Shown: piece after piece, positions 28,005 through 38,451 of the stretch
Layout of the letters: the number at the start of each line of letters is the position of its first letter
Numbering within the stretch: position 1 is the stretch's first letter
DNA from: a virus
IMG/VR virus record: IMGVR_UViG_3300009103_001660
Location: 32,001-96,000 of that record
Length of the DNA: 64,000 nucleotides
Strand: one strand, 5' to 3'
Program-made: the position numbers and the translations under genes
Notes under the pieces: model-generated
What the model was told of the DNA's origin: nothing
What the model saw: only the letters and a program-made list of their open reading frames with translations
Database searches by the model: none

Positions 28005-31000
28005 TTATACTGTTATGTTATATGTGTTTGTTCCTTTAGTAATCTTAAATTCTAAACCTTTATATAATGGAGAGTGCATCGTCATATTCCACGGGGCCCA
28101 AAATTTCCAAATATTTTGAATATAAAAGTCATAAGTAGGCATATTAACACTTCCGATTACCTGAGGGTCATACGAGTTGAAAAATCCCTTACCTCTACAG
28201 TCACAATTACACATTCCGTTTGCTCCATAGTACCAAAAATGAGGACCAGAAATACCGTTGCCACAATTCCTCGTATTCCAAGCCACATAGGTACAATTTT
28301 GATTTGCTGGCGCCTGCCCAGTCCATTCATTTTCATATTTTAGAACACCTACTGGGTTATATATATCATTTTGGATCAAAAATGGATACCTCGCCCACTT
28401 GGTCGTTCTATGGTGAAGGTCAAATGTCCATTTAAATTTATAGTGCTGGAAAGCATCCTCTATTACCGCCGCTGCTGGTAAATATCTTTCTCCTTCATAC
28501 ATTTCATGACAGCCTAGTATGGAAGAGGTTGTATTTGGATTCCACCAATCATACCCAGCACAATGCGTTGACGGATTAAGAAATCCCCTATTTCCCGTAC
28601 CTACGCACAAGCAATTTTTACCTGGTATGTAGAAATCCATAACTGCTTGATGATTAGACCAAGACGGCTGTCCAACCCTAAATTTCTTTTCAAAGACTTT
28701 ATTTCCTTGAGCAAATCCTCCGCCCGCTTGAGCTGTCATTTTATACATTTCTAATTTAGCTTTTGCGTAATTGGCACCAGCTTTGCCCGCTCCACATATG
28801 GGCCATGGCGGAGCAAGAAGAGTATGGTTTGTCTCGTGTCTCCAAGTAGTTACGCCGAAAGCTGAACACGACCACGGATAATTTGCGCCCCAAGGTTGAC
28901 TTAATTGCCACCAAGCTGCCCTGCAAGGATGCCAAATTGTTGAGTTAGGCCCGTGGGGGGTGAATGCTGGCTTCATACTTGTTGGCCAACCCTTCCAAAA
29001 GCCATCTCCATGACAAGCTGTCCAGTTATTTACGGTAGTAAGCGCATCTGGAGATTGGATTTTCCAATACCCCTGATGCCTCCATAAATCTTCGTAGAAT
29101 CCTGTTGGATATTTTTCCCCCAAATTCCAAAATGCCCCACCAATGTCTGCATATCCATTTGCCTTATCGTACCCATGATGATGATGATATACTGTGTGGC
29201 CAATACCAGGAACAAATTGAGAACTATATGTCCAACCGTTTTGATCGCCACCATGTGGATACATTCCTACGCAAGCGTCAGCGGCGTATCCTCTTAGATA
29301 GTCGTTATACTCATATGTTTCTTTTATGTCTACTGTCTTTTCATCAATACAAGCTACGTTTGTATTTGCCCCAATGTTTCCACCCCCCTCATTACAATCC
29401 ACGGGTCCACCAATATTCATATTAAAGCCCCTAGAAGGTGGACTGTAGTTGTTGCCGACGGACGGTTGCCAACCTGGTTCGCCGTGATTTGGATTACTAT
29501 TCCAACTCTCGTTAGCTGGAACAGTAGCTTTCCATTCCAGATCTACCTCTACTTTATATATCTTCCTTGGGATAATCCCTGCAAACGTTGCTGTTTTTCC
29601 ACCCAATCTATCATCAAACATTGGAGTTCGTAGTACAAGTTCTGAAATCTGGGGAACGTAGTAGCTCATCCCCCAATATCCATAGCCTAGGGTTGATTGA
29701 TTTAGTATTTTATTCCATCCTACGTAAAATCCATATTGCGAACATTGATCCCACCCTCTGAAATCTGGATACTCATCATGACAATATCTACCAGTATGTG
29801 GCGGCATTACACGCGCCCCGCTGTCAATCATGGGTATCCAAGCCTGCCTAATGCCTGATTCATATACGTAGCAATAATCCTTTCTTGCAAGAATTGTAGG
29901 ATCATATGGCGCACTAGAAGCGGGGGATGGGATACCATATGCTCCCCCCCTCTTTTGCACTGACCCATGAAATTCACATATTAAATTTCTTGCTGGCTTC
30001 ACAAAACCTGGCAGTCTTTCTTGCGCGGGCCACCACCAATCTCTTACGTAAACCTTGGCTGTTCCAGTTCCAATTAAATTTGGAAACTTATAATCGACAA
30101 CCAAATATGCTCTTTTGGTATCTACTTCACAGTCTGGGCAGTTTCCAGTAAAGCCGTGCTTCCATCTACACCCCTCTGATGAGGGTATGTGCGGACTGGG
30201 ATGTTGAGACCCAGTGCAAACCCCAGTAATAAAATCTATTAGAAAATCATTAAATCCAGACGTCGTTACAGGTTGAAGGTGATCTGGGTGCGGATCATAC
30301 GCAAATTTATATGCAAGTCCAGAGCCAACTCCATATGGCCACGATGGATTGCCGAACCCCGCATCATAAACTGGGGGGGGATTTTGTCCGCTGGGTCCTG
30401 GAATTGCTAATTGGTAATACGTTTGATTAGTTCCATTATGGGGTCTTGGAGATTGAGTGTTCGGCCATGCTGTAGTATCATTACTCCACGGCCAAGAGTA
30501 GCCGTTTCTTACGTAAGACTCATGCCAATCTTGCAACCGCTCCCACGTGTGACTAAATCCAGTAAATGCTCTGGAAAGATACGAATAAGTTCCGTCAAAC
30601 CGTTGATTCGCCATAGCGTTCCCAACCGTAACGATAGTATTCCCAGTAATACCTATACCCCCATTTGGTATGGAATTCATTAGATTCCACCAAGCGCCAG
30701 CATAAGAGGATCTCGCATGGAAAAATGAATCCCAACCATCTTTAATGGCAATAAAATAATTATCGTTAGTTTGACCAATGTTGGGCCTAGGATGATAAAA
30801 CTCGTAGTTATGCTGGCCACCAACCTGAGGGAAAAGGTATTCGTGACCAGTTAGGCATGCCCCTAAGCGATTAGGAAAGTACCATCCCGCATGCCAGAAA
30901 TTTGTCCCATCTATACCAGTGGGAAAATAAAAAGTGTTCCCAAGTCCACAATCAAAAGTCGTTAACAGGGGCCTAGTCTCTGACGCTTCGTGAGGCGTCC

Positions 31001-32945
31001 ATTGCCACAGGGATTCCCCCGCCGTATTCACATCTTTTGATCCTGTCCATGCATTTTTATAATGTTGCATAGAATACCACAGTAATCCGCCAACTGCATC
31101 AACTTGTACCCCGCTATATGGCTCGCATAACACCCCAGAGGTTTGAGCACACAAACCGCTCGCTGCAAAATCTTCATGACCATACCATGAATCTCCAGAT
31201 GCCGCAGTCGTCAAAAGCCCAGTATTCCAATGCACAGCGAAATCAACTCTTTGATGGGTAGTAAATTGACTTCCTGCTTTGGCCATCAGCTTATTATTGT
31301 AAGCAGAAGAGTGACTGCTTTTTATCCCCCACCTAGGTTCTTCATACCGCCACCACCACCAACCTCTGTACGTAGTTCGGTTCCGCCCAGTATCAAAAAA
31401 TCCCCCTGGCGAATTAAATTGACTACCATTAAAAGACCCATATGCTCCCCAGAGATACCAACCATACCACCAATAACCCGACCAATAAGCATATCTCCAA
31501 GTGTGCCAATTGTACCAAGGATAACCTCCCCAATGCCAATGAGTATTCCCCCAGTAAAAAGGTGTCCAGTAGTATCCATACCACCAATCCCAGTAACCAG
31601 CCATCCACTCCCAACGGGTCCAATTAGGTCTTCTATGTTCAGTAACTAACTCGTTTTCTGAAATAGATACGGAAACAGCGTAACCCATATCAACCTCAAG
31701 TGATCCCTCGCTAGGCGAGCCAGCCAACATGCCGTCGCGCGTTAACGCATGGGCAGCACCACCCATTCCGTTGATATAATTCTTACCCCCGTACATGTGA
31801 GTAAATCGATGATTATTTGGAAAATTAATTCCGTTAAGTTGAGTTGAAATTCCATATCCAGTTACTGGTGACGTGTTGCCGCCGCGATCATATACGTTAT
31901 AGTGTTCAACCCATACAGCCGTAAGCGTATTATCACAATCGTTGCTAAGGGAGTTTCTAGTAAATCCTTTACGCCTTCTATCATAGCACGGGGCGTGGCC
32001 ATAACACCCGCCTGGCATCGCTGGCTTGTCGGCTGGCCAATTAAATCTGCTATCTAATGACCCTGGTCTTATATTTTCATTTTCCGCTTCTTCTAAAAAC
32101 CACTTTGCTCCAGGGTTCGTTGGCCCTTGAGCGGGTCCCCAAGCACCAGCTTGATTATATGGATGAGAGACACCTGCGCCAAGCCCTCCCCAACCATAAA
32201 AATGTGGCATTATCCCATCGTATCCGTACCCTGGGTGGGGTGTTATATCACAGATATAGTCTTGTTTCTTTTTACCCGACCACTTTGCCTTAAGAGCAAA
32301 CAAATCTCCGTTCGAGTATAAAATTGTAAAAAGTGTAGACGACCTCCAATAAAACCAATCCGAATTACTCCAATGCGTCCTACCGACTATGGCACTTCTC
32401 CAATCTGAAGAGGTGACATCAAATTGTCCAGGAATTAGATAGGGTAATAACCATGGTTCTATCCCGTTTATTGGTGAACGTTCTGAAGTATATGCCGTCT
32501 TAGATAACTGGTTCATATATGAACCCCAGTTCCAGTGCCATCTCCAACTCCAGTTATTATTTTGATTATAGTACCAAGGTCGTTGTACCCAATTTTTTAC
32601 TATCTCTCTTACTTTCGTTATTCTTTCTTTTGATAGCGGGTCTCCATTATTCTGTGCCAGTTCTATAAAATTAGCCCATGGATATCTATCCCAATAAGGA
32701 TATCTAAGATAACCACCAAAATAGTAACCCTTCCCATAGTAAGGGCTTTCTACGTTATTATAAGTTAATTCGGGAGCGCCCCACAAGCCAGTTATCGAAA
32801 AGGCAGGAAACCTAACTCCGACATTCCCGATTGAGAATGGCCCGTTACTAGGCAAAATCTCCATTATACGCCCCTTGTTAGCGGGCGTTAAAATAAACGG
32901 GCCGTCTTTTAGATTTAGATTATTGGTGTCGTTTATTAAATTCAC
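28005..32945 (-). CDS. Very large Trp/Tyr/Gly-rich hypothetical protein (1646 aa)
   Basis: Uninterrupted 4.9-kb ORF overlapping the upstream stop; aromatic-rich throughout; no family recognised. Confidence 0.75.
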   Translation of the reverse strand: MNLINDTNNLNLKDGPFILTPANKGRIMEILPSNGPFSIGNVGVRFPAFSITGLWGAPELTYNNVESPYYGKGYYFGGYLRYPYWDRYPWANFIELAQNNGDPLSKERITKVREIVKNWVQRPWYYNQNNNWSWRWHWNWGSYMNQLSKTAYTSERSPINGIEPWLLPYLIPGQFDVTSSDWRSAIVGRTHWSNSDWFYWRSSTLFTILYSNGDLFALKAKWSGKKKQDYICDITPHPGYGYDGIMPHFYGWGGLGAGVSHPYNQAGAWGPAQGPTNPGAKWFLEEAENENIRPGSLDSRFNWPADKPAMPGGCYGHAPCYDRRRKGFTRNSLSNDCDNTLTAVWVEHYNVYDRGGNTSPVTGYGISTQLNGINFPNNHRFTHMYGGKNYINGMGGAAHALTRDGMLAGSPSEGSLEVDMGYAVSVSISENELVTEHRRPNWTRWEWMAGYWDWWYGYYWTPFYWGNTHWHWGGYPWYNWHTWRYAYWSGYWWYGWYLWGAYGSFNGSQFNSPGGFFDTGRNRTTYRGWWWWRYEEPRWGIKSSHSSAYNNKLMAKAGSQFTTHQRVDFAVHWNTGLLTTAASGDSWYGHEDFAASGLCAQTSGVLCEPYSGVQVDAVGGLLWYSMQHYKNAWTGSKDVNTAGESLWQWTPHEASETRPLLTTFDCGLGNTFYFPTGIDGTNFWHAGWYFPNRLGACLTGHEYLFPQVGGQHNYEFYHPRPNIGQTNDNYFIAIKDGWDSFFHARSSYAGAWWNLMNSIPNGGIGITGNTIVTVGNAMANQRFDGTYSYLSRAFTGFSHTWERLQDWHESYVRNGYSWPWSNDTTAWPNTQSPRPHNGTNQTYYQLAIPGPSGQNPPPVYDAGFGNPSWPYGVGSGLAYKFAYDPHPDHLQPVTTSGFNDFLIDFITGVCTGSQHPSPHIPSSEGCRWKHGFTGNCPDCEVDTKRAYLVVDYKFPNLIGTGTAKVYVRDWWWPAQERLPGFVKPARNLICEFHGSVQKRGGAYGIPSPASSAPYDPTILARKDYCYVYESGIRQAWIPMIDSGARVMPPHTGRYCHDEYPDFRGWDQCSQYGFYVGWNKILNQSTLGYGYWGMSYYVPQISELVLRTPMFDDRLGGKTATFAGIIPRKIYKVEVDLEWKATVPANESWNSNPNHGEPGWQPSVGNNYSPPSRGFNMNIGGPVDCNEGGGNIGANTNVACIDEKTVDIKETYEYNDYLRGYAADACVGMYPHGGDQNGWTYSSQFVPGIGHTVYHHHHGYDKANGYADIGGAFWNLGEKYPTGFYEDLWRHQGYWKIQSPDALTTVNNWTACHGDGFWKGWPTSMKPAFTPHGPNSTIWHPCRAAWWQLSQPWGANYPWSCSAFGVTTWRHETNHTLLAPPWPICGAGKAGANYAKAKLEMYKMTAQAGGGFAQGNKVFEKKFRVGQPSWSNHQAVMDFYIPGKNCLCVGTGNRGFLNPSTHCAGYDWWNPNTTSSILGCHEMYEGERYLPAAAVIEDAFQHYKFKWTFDLHHRTTKWARYPFLIQNDIYNPVGVLKYENEWTGQAPANQNCTYVAWNTRNCGNGISGPHFWYYGANGMCNCDCRGKGFFNSYDPQVIGSVNMPTYDFYIQNIWKFWAPWNMTMHSPLYKGLEFKITKGTNTYNITV

Positions 32946-34582
32946 TATATATACCTACGATGAACTGATGTTAAATAATTACCATTTATATTTTTTATGG
33001 TAAGAAGGTCAATGCCAGTATTAGTAAAATTGGGTTCTTCTGTATACCCAGCGCTATGTCTTAAGCCGCTTGAGAGACCACTTATTCTCTTGACAACATA
33101 CCCATCGGATAACAACCCATTGGTTCCATGGTAGCCCCCAGACTCAGGATGCCCAACATACCCAGTCCAAATTGGCCCCGCCCCAGATGTTAGTACATCA
33201 TTAAACCCAGTGTTACAAAAACCACAGCTCTCTTCTGAAAATCTATATTTTGTTGAAAAAGATATACTACTTAAATGGTCGTGAGGTTTTATCATTACTT
33301 CGATTTGTTGTCCGTTTACCATTCCGCTTGGGTAATCCAAGTGACACCCAGACCCCTTATAAGTTAGCTCAAAAGCACCAACAAAAGGCTTCATTTGATA
33401 AAGTCCCTTCCACAGGTGATTTGTACCAAACTCAGAACCGTCTATCGTATTAGCTGGATTAACTACTGGAAAATAGAACGGCTGATCATAGAGTTCTTCA
33501 CCCCAAGCGGCAACAGTTTCATTTTCAGTTGGACCAAAAGATGTGAGTGATAAAATGCCTATCGCCTGAGCGGCAACAGAAAACGGCATATCCCCTATCC
33601 AAGTAATATTTTCATCGAAAAATATATTTCTGCTTACATCCCCGCCAACTATTCTTAATGTTACATTTTTTATTCCTGCATTTTGTGATTCTGCTCCCAT
33701 GCTAGAAATATTGAAAGGAGATCTACTTCCACTTAAAGTACTTATAGTTACAGCGTTTTCTAAAAATAAGGTCTGAAAAGCCGCACTATCAAAATTTACC
33801 TTCAGATCCCCATCCGCAGGAAATGTAAGTTTATTTTGGTAGTTGTTTCTAGAATCAATTCTAACTTGATTAGAGGATGGGTCAAGTCTTGCGTAAGTTC
33901 CATACCCGTCACCCATTTTTCTAAATCTTAAATCTACGCCCTGTTTAGAATCAAACAAACCCACTCCCGACCCAACGCCTACGTTAGAAGCGGTATTTGT
34001 TTCGCCATCAGTAACGGCCAAGAAGTTTGCCATTTCCCTTACTTCTATATCTTCTAAATAACCTGGGGGCTCTATGAAACTTATACCAGAGTAAGCGTCT
34101 TCTCCAGCATTACCCGCACCTGATACCACACCAGTTAATTTATAATCAGAAAGAGGAGTTTGTATCGCCCCACCAATAGAGACAATTAAATTATTTGGAT
34201 CTTGTGTTAAGCTTGGAAAATAAAAATCATAATTAGTTCCATTACCAGTATAAGAATATGTTTTAAGCGACAGGTTTCCTCCCCCTCCGCCGCCGCCTCC
34301 GCCGCCTCCGCCGCCCCCACCCTGATTGGGCAAAGAGCCAGTTAAAACGTATGCGTTTTTATATTTTAAATACTCCCAATAATCTACGTGAAACTGTTGA
34401 TCAGAAAGATATAACTTATTTTCCACATACATGTTAGAAACGGGGTTGGCAGTCGCGCCAACATTATATTCCCCACTACCGCTTGGCACAAAATTTCTAG
34501 CAAACATGGTGAAAGCGCCGCTGCTCGTGACAACGTCCGTTTTCAACTCATCTGTTCTTAATGTCCTTGGCCCGTTATACAT
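32945..34582 (-). CDS. Fibre/adhesin-like structural protein with 15-Gly linker
   Basis: YTGNGTNYDF...LIVSIGGAIQTP..DY and NTASNVG.G.G.GLF..K.GVDL.FR motifs seen in phage fibres; 15 consecutive Gly codons at 34277-34321. Confidence 0.6.
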   Translation of the reverse strand: MYNGPRTLRTDELKTDVVTSSGAFTMFARNFVPSGSGEYNVGATANPVSNMYVENKLYLSDQQFHVDYWEYLKYKNAYVLTGSLPNQGGGGGGGGGGGGGGGNLSLKTYSYTGNGTNYDFYFPSLTQDPNNLIVSIGGAIQTPLSDYKLTGVVSGAGNAGEDAYSGISFIEPPGYLEDIEVREMANFLAVTDGETNTASNVGVGSGVGLFDSKQGVDLRFRKMGDGYGTYARLDPSSNQVRIDSRNNYQNKLTFPADGDLKVNFDSAAFQTLFLENAVTISTLSGSRSPFNISSMGAESQNAGIKNVTLRIVGGDVSRNIFFDENITWIGDMPFSVAAQAIGILSLTSFGPTENETVAAWGEELYDQPFYFPVVNPANTIDGSEFGTNHLWKGLYQMKPFVGAFELTYKGSGCHLDYPSGMVNGQQIEVMIKPHDHLSSISFSTKYRFSEESCGFCNTGFNDVLTSGAGPIWTGYVGHPESGGYHGTNGLLSDGYVVKRISGLSSGLRHSAGYTEEPNFTNTGIDLLTIKNINGNYLTSVHRRYI

Positions 34583-34585
34583 TTT

Positions 34586-34813
34586 TTATTTAAATATATT
34601 TTTTATTTTTGACAGAAACCCGCTACCCCTTTTTGTCTCGGGTAAGTTGTTAGTTTCGTTTGGGGGTTTTTCCGTGCTTGCTGTATCCATATAGTTTTTC
34701 GCAATTTCTTTTGACTTTTCTATCAATATGGACAAAGCGGTTGCAACAGACATATTATTTAGGACTTCGCCAGCTATTCTTTCGATTTCCTCTTCTTTTT
34801 CCTTTGGGGTCAT
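34586..34813 (-). CDS. Hypothetical protein (75 aa)
   Basis: ORF fills the gap between terminator and next gene on the coding strand. Confidence 0.6.
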   Translation of the reverse strand: MTPKEKEEEIERIAGEVLNNMSVATALSILIEKSKEIAKNYMDTASTEKPPNETNNLPETKRGSGFLSKIKNIFK

Positions 34814-34885
34814 GTCAATTAATTATTGTTAGTTATCGCTAGATAATCAATAATAAATTAGTATAAAAAAACTAAAAAAGCAAAT

Positions 34886-34917
34886 AAAAACCCGCCCTCG
34901 TATTTGAGGGCGGGTTT
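34886..34917 (-). terminator. Rho-independent terminator
   Basis: 12-bp perfect stem AAACCCGCCCTC/GAGGGCGGGTTT, 6-nt loop, T-run on the minus strand, 20 nt after the stop at 34937. Confidence 0.9.
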
Positions 34918-34936
34918 CGTCTTTATGTTGTTTATA

Positions 34937-36565
34937 CTAGAATCCCATCACTACGTAATTAATCTTATAATTTGTATTTGGAGTCTTAGTAGTGAACTGA
35001 ACTTTTGCGACTGTCGAACTCACGCTAGTTGTCATGCAACCAATGAGATCATCAGTATCGGCCGTGCCCTGCATGGTTACTACTACGGTGGGTGTAGCTG
35101 AATATCCATTGGCAAACGTAATCGTCTTTTCCACAAGGTCTTTCGCCAGAGCAACCGTACCTCTTTCTATCTTGCCCTTTGTAAGAATCTCGTAATTTGT
35201 ACCAGCGTATCCAGCTTCCCAAGAATCATTAGCCTCATTCCATTGAAGAATCGCGTCTTTACGAGTGCTATCGTCAGTATGAAGTCTTTTAACAGAGATG
35301 CCGCCATTTGAATTATTTGCATCATCAACGATATCGGAGTTCAAAAGGATATTGCTATCGCCAATGTTTACCTCGTTAGAAACCACTGTGGTAGTCGTAC
35401 CATTTACAACCAAGTTACCAGCAATAGTTACGCCACTATTAAACGTAGCGTTTTGTACCCAAGTTTTCAGTCCGTCAATTGTTTGTGTCCCAGCGGTCCT
35501 TACGACTGTATTGTCCACGGCAACTGTTTTTGCGGCAGACCCATCAAAACTAAGTGTGCCAATACCATCTCCGTTCGTAAGCGCGTTTGCAACCGAGGTT
35601 GCTGCTCCACCCTTGCTCGCAGACCCAGCGTAATTTACCCCAAGCTCTGTGTTTCCAATTCCTCCAGCTTTAATACCAATTTGGTTATTTCCTGCCACCT
35701 CTAGTTGAGTTTTATTAATTGCGACCTGAATTGTTTGGGTCCCACCCAATGCTGTACTTTGTGTGGTTGAAGCTGCCACACCAGTTATACCAGAAGCGAA
35801 CGTAAAATTCGTAACGCTATTTGCGAGCTTCGCATTCGTAACATTTGCGTCCAAAATTTTGGATGTAATTACATTATCGTCTTTTATCTTTACGCTTGTA
35901 ACTGAATCTGTAGCCAATTGGGTAGTATTAATTCCCCCGTCTCGCACCTTAAGAATGTCTGTGCCATCGGTAATCTTTAGGGTATCTGCATCAGTGAGAA
36001 CATATAGGGCGCCATCGGGCTGTACGTGAAGGCCAGAGCCCGCTACGCTGGATTCAATTTCCGTCTTGGTTATGCTATCAGCTTTTATCGCTAACTCTGT
36101 ACCAGCAAACTCGAACCACGTATTCTTAGCTTTAACATTAATTGTCGTCGTGTTTCCAAGTGAAACTAGTCCACCCCCTTGAATACCATTACCCGCAGCA
36201 ACCGTAAGTGAACTATTCGCGAGTTTCGCATTCGTAACATTTGCGTCCTTTATAAATTCTGTAACGACCCCATCTTTGTCTATATGAACCTTATCACGCG
36301 CGGCAACTTGGCCAGCACCCGCACCAAAATCAGAAGCGGCAACATAAATACCAGAACCAGCATTAACGTGGATAGTTCTGTCCGCAGACAAATCTCCACC
36401 CCCGCCCAGGCCATCCCCAGCGATAAGTTGTCTGGTACCTGGGATGGCGGGACCGTACGCAAGTTCAGTACCACCGTAATAAAGGTTATATGGTGATTCG
36501 TGGTGCCCAGATAGCAATCTGCCATTGAGCCTTAATTGTTCTACACTAAATACTTTATTGGCCAT
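34937..36565 (-). CDS. Fibre protein with beta-repeats and H-type-lectin/gp53-like C-terminus
   Basis: Repeated DANVTNAKLANS and AG.G..GGG modules; C-terminal KTITFANGYSATPTVVVT...VSSTVAKVQF pattern. Confidence 0.65.
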   Translation of the reverse strand: MANKVFSVEQLRLNGRLLSGHHESPYNLYYGGTELAYGPAIPGTRQLIAGDGLGGGGDLSADRTIHVNAGSGIYVAASDFGAGAGQVAARDKVHIDKDGVVTEFIKDANVTNAKLANSSLTVAAGNGIQGGGLVSLGNTTTINVKAKNTWFEFAGTELAIKADSITKTEIESSVAGSGLHVQPDGALYVLTDADTLKITDGTDILKVRDGGINTTQLATDSVTSVKIKDDNVITSKILDANVTNAKLANSVTNFTFASGITGVAASTTQSTALGGTQTIQVAINKTQLEVAGNNQIGIKAGGIGNTELGVNYAGSASKGGAATSVANALTNGDGIGTLSFDGSAAKTVAVDNTVVRTAGTQTIDGLKTWVQNATFNSGVTIAGNLVVNGTTTTVVSNEVNIGDSNILLNSDIVDDANNSNGGISVKRLHTDDSTRKDAILQWNEANDSWEAGYAGTNYEILTKGKIERGTVALAKDLVEKTITFANGYSATPTVVVTMQGTADTDDLIGCMTTSVSSTVAKVQFTTKTPNTNYKINYVVMGF

Positions 36566-36681
36566 TTTCTACTTCTCTCTAATTAAATATGTTTTCTCAC
36601 TCAGAAAAATTTTTCTCCAAGATTTCTTACACGTTATTATAGGCAAAGGAAACTAAAAAGAAAAAAAAATAGTTAGTAGGA

Positions 36682-37623
36682 TTAAATATAAGCAGAGACA
36701 TATGAATCTAATGTCATCCCAGTAGACAGTACTTTTGCACTAAAAGATACGTAAAACCCACTATCTTGTACTTTTGCTACCTGAGGTATATATATATCTT
36801 GAGCATAATCGTCATTATCACCTACAGTTTGGTAGGTTGGGGCAACTAAATTACAGACAACTTTTGGTACATACGGAAGGGTTTTGCCATAACTTATCCA
36901 ATAGCTTTCGGTTCCAGTGGGTATACTGGTTTTTAAGAAAAAAATGCCGTCTTGAACATACTTATATTCTAGATTTCCGTAAAAGTTTTTAAATAGTTTA
37001 TCTGCAGATCCAACATTTGAAGAGTTCGACACCAAAGGAACAACATCATTGCCCAGTAACACATTATCGTCAAATCTAGCGTTCCCGCTTGATACATGGA
37101 ATTTTTCTTGTGGGTTTGCATTTCCCACGCCTATGTAATATTCAGTATCGGAAAATGACGTAAATAGTATCTTTTTATTTTTAGTATCAACCCTAAATAA
37201 GTCCCTATTTCCAGTGTCCTTTACTAAGAGGGCATCATCCGTAACTGGGGGAGCTTCTATTTTATATTTACCGCTATGTATAACAAGGGTTGTTCCGCTA
37301 ACGAGCATGTGCCCCGCAGATGTGTATTGTATGTGGTTTGCGCCACCAAATTCAGTATGATTATCGTTATATTGAAATGCCCTGTTAGCTCCCCTAGGAT
37401 TTTTAGTCCCTGTTACAGCCATTATTATATTCCTAATTATAGGAGTTGTACCCGCCCCCGCAACCTGTGCGCTTTTTAATCCAATTGTAGAAATCTGAGG
37501 AGTTGATGAGGGAACAACGACTGATGCACTTGAGGATGGAATTATGACAGAGGGGGTGCTTTGAGCGGTATTTACTGTTACCCCACCCTGACCAAGAACA
37601 ACTACATCTACCCTATTAGACAT
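36682..37623 (-). CDS. Fibre-like structural protein
   Basis: FQYNDNHTEFGG, IGVGNANPQEKFHV, SNVGSADKLFKN.Y fibre motifs; C-terminal ISYGKTLPYVPKVVC domain like that of 34937..36565. Confidence 0.6.
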   Translation of the reverse strand: MSNRVDVVVLGQGGVTVNTAQSTPSVIIPSSSASVVVPSSTPQISTIGLKSAQVAGAGTTPIIRNIIMAVTGTKNPRGANRAFQYNDNHTEFGGANHIQYTSAGHMLVSGTTLVIHSGKYKIEAPPVTDDALLVKDTGNRDLFRVDTKNKKILFTSFSDTEYYIGVGNANPQEKFHVSSGNARFDDNVLLGNDVVPLVSNSSNVGSADKLFKNFYGNLEYKYVQDGIFFLKTSIPTGTESYWISYGKTLPYVPKVVCNLVAPTYQTVGDNDDYAQDIYIPQVAKVQDSGFYVSFSAKVLSTGMTLDSYVSAYI

Positions 37624-37626
37624 TGG

Positions 37627-38025
37627 TTAAAAAATTCCCCCTGGATAAGGCGCGTCCCAGTTACCTCTAGTTACTTCTGGATGTATATTGACTTTTCCAT
37701 CTAGAACTTTGGTGATTTCCCCAGAAACCGTATTGTGATGACCACTTATGTTATACAATTCTATATCATATACAGCCTGTGTGATTGGTAGGTTGCGGGT
37801 TACTGAGGAGGGAACATTCACCTTCAGAACCCCGCTGTGGATTGGGTCCTTTATGGTGACACCTAGGTCTGCCAATATTTCGCTAGATCCATAAGAATAT
37901 CTTATATGTCCACTAGCTAGATATCCGCTTAAATTGAGAGGAGTAACCCCGTCGTCCCCTTTTGTAGCTAGCTCTACGGTAAATGTATTTCCGCGAGTGA
38001 GATTTAGATCGTAATATACTGGCAT
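37627..38025 (-). CDS. Small structural adaptor (BppU-N-like)
   Basis: YDLNL.RGNTF..., P.NLSGY.A...IR, AVYDIEL, KVLDGKVNIHPEVTR pattern common in fibre-anchoring phage proteins. Confidence 0.55.
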   Translation of the reverse strand: MPVYYDLNLTRGNTFTVELATKGDDGVTPLNLSGYLASGHIRYSYGSSEILADLGVTIKDPIHSGVLKVNVPSSVTRNLPITQAVYDIELYNISGHHNTVSGEITKVLDGKVNIHPEVTRGNWDAPYPGGIF

Positions 38026-38079
38026 AATCTACTATTATTACACCAATATATCAGGTAATTAGAATACTATTATTACTTT

Positions 38080-38451
38080 TTATCTACCCTCGTTTAGAAT
38101 ATCTTTTACATCTTTTTCTAATTTGGGTAATTCGTTCGAAGAACTAGACGGTTTCGTAAATTTTGCTCTATGAACATTGAATTCTCTTACGAGACGCTTT
38201 TTAAGTTCTCCAACGTGCTCGACTGGAAGTAGCCCAACAGATGTTGCGTGCGTTTGAAGAGAGGCTTTATCCTGTTCATCAAGCCAGTTTTTATACTCTT
38301 CTGGATCTAAGGTTTTATACTTTTGTTCACCAGAATCTCCCCAGATTTGGTCCAAGGTCGTAGGCACAAAAGTCTCTTTTTCTATCATTGCATGAGTTTG
38401 CTTGAGCTCTTTAGCTTTCGTACTCTTTTTTTTATTTGTCTTTTTAGGCAT
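38080..38451 (-). CDS. Hypothetical protein (probable start MPKK at 38451)
   Basis: ORF track starts at 38505; the AT-rich leader just before ATG 38451 matches other starts in this genome. Confidence 0.6.
   Translation of the reverse strand: MPKKTNKKKSTKAKELKQTHAMIEKETFVPTTLDQIWGDSGEQKYKTLDPEEYKNWLDEQDKASLQTHATSVGLLPVEHVGELKKRLVREFNVHRAKFTKPSSSSNELPKLEKDVKDILNEGR

Noticed and set aside
35817-36248. Diversity-generating retroelement TR/VR pair
   Set aside because: Only 36 nt, both copies in one gene, mismatches run in both directions (A/G and G/A) and are synonymous; no reverse transcriptase in the window.
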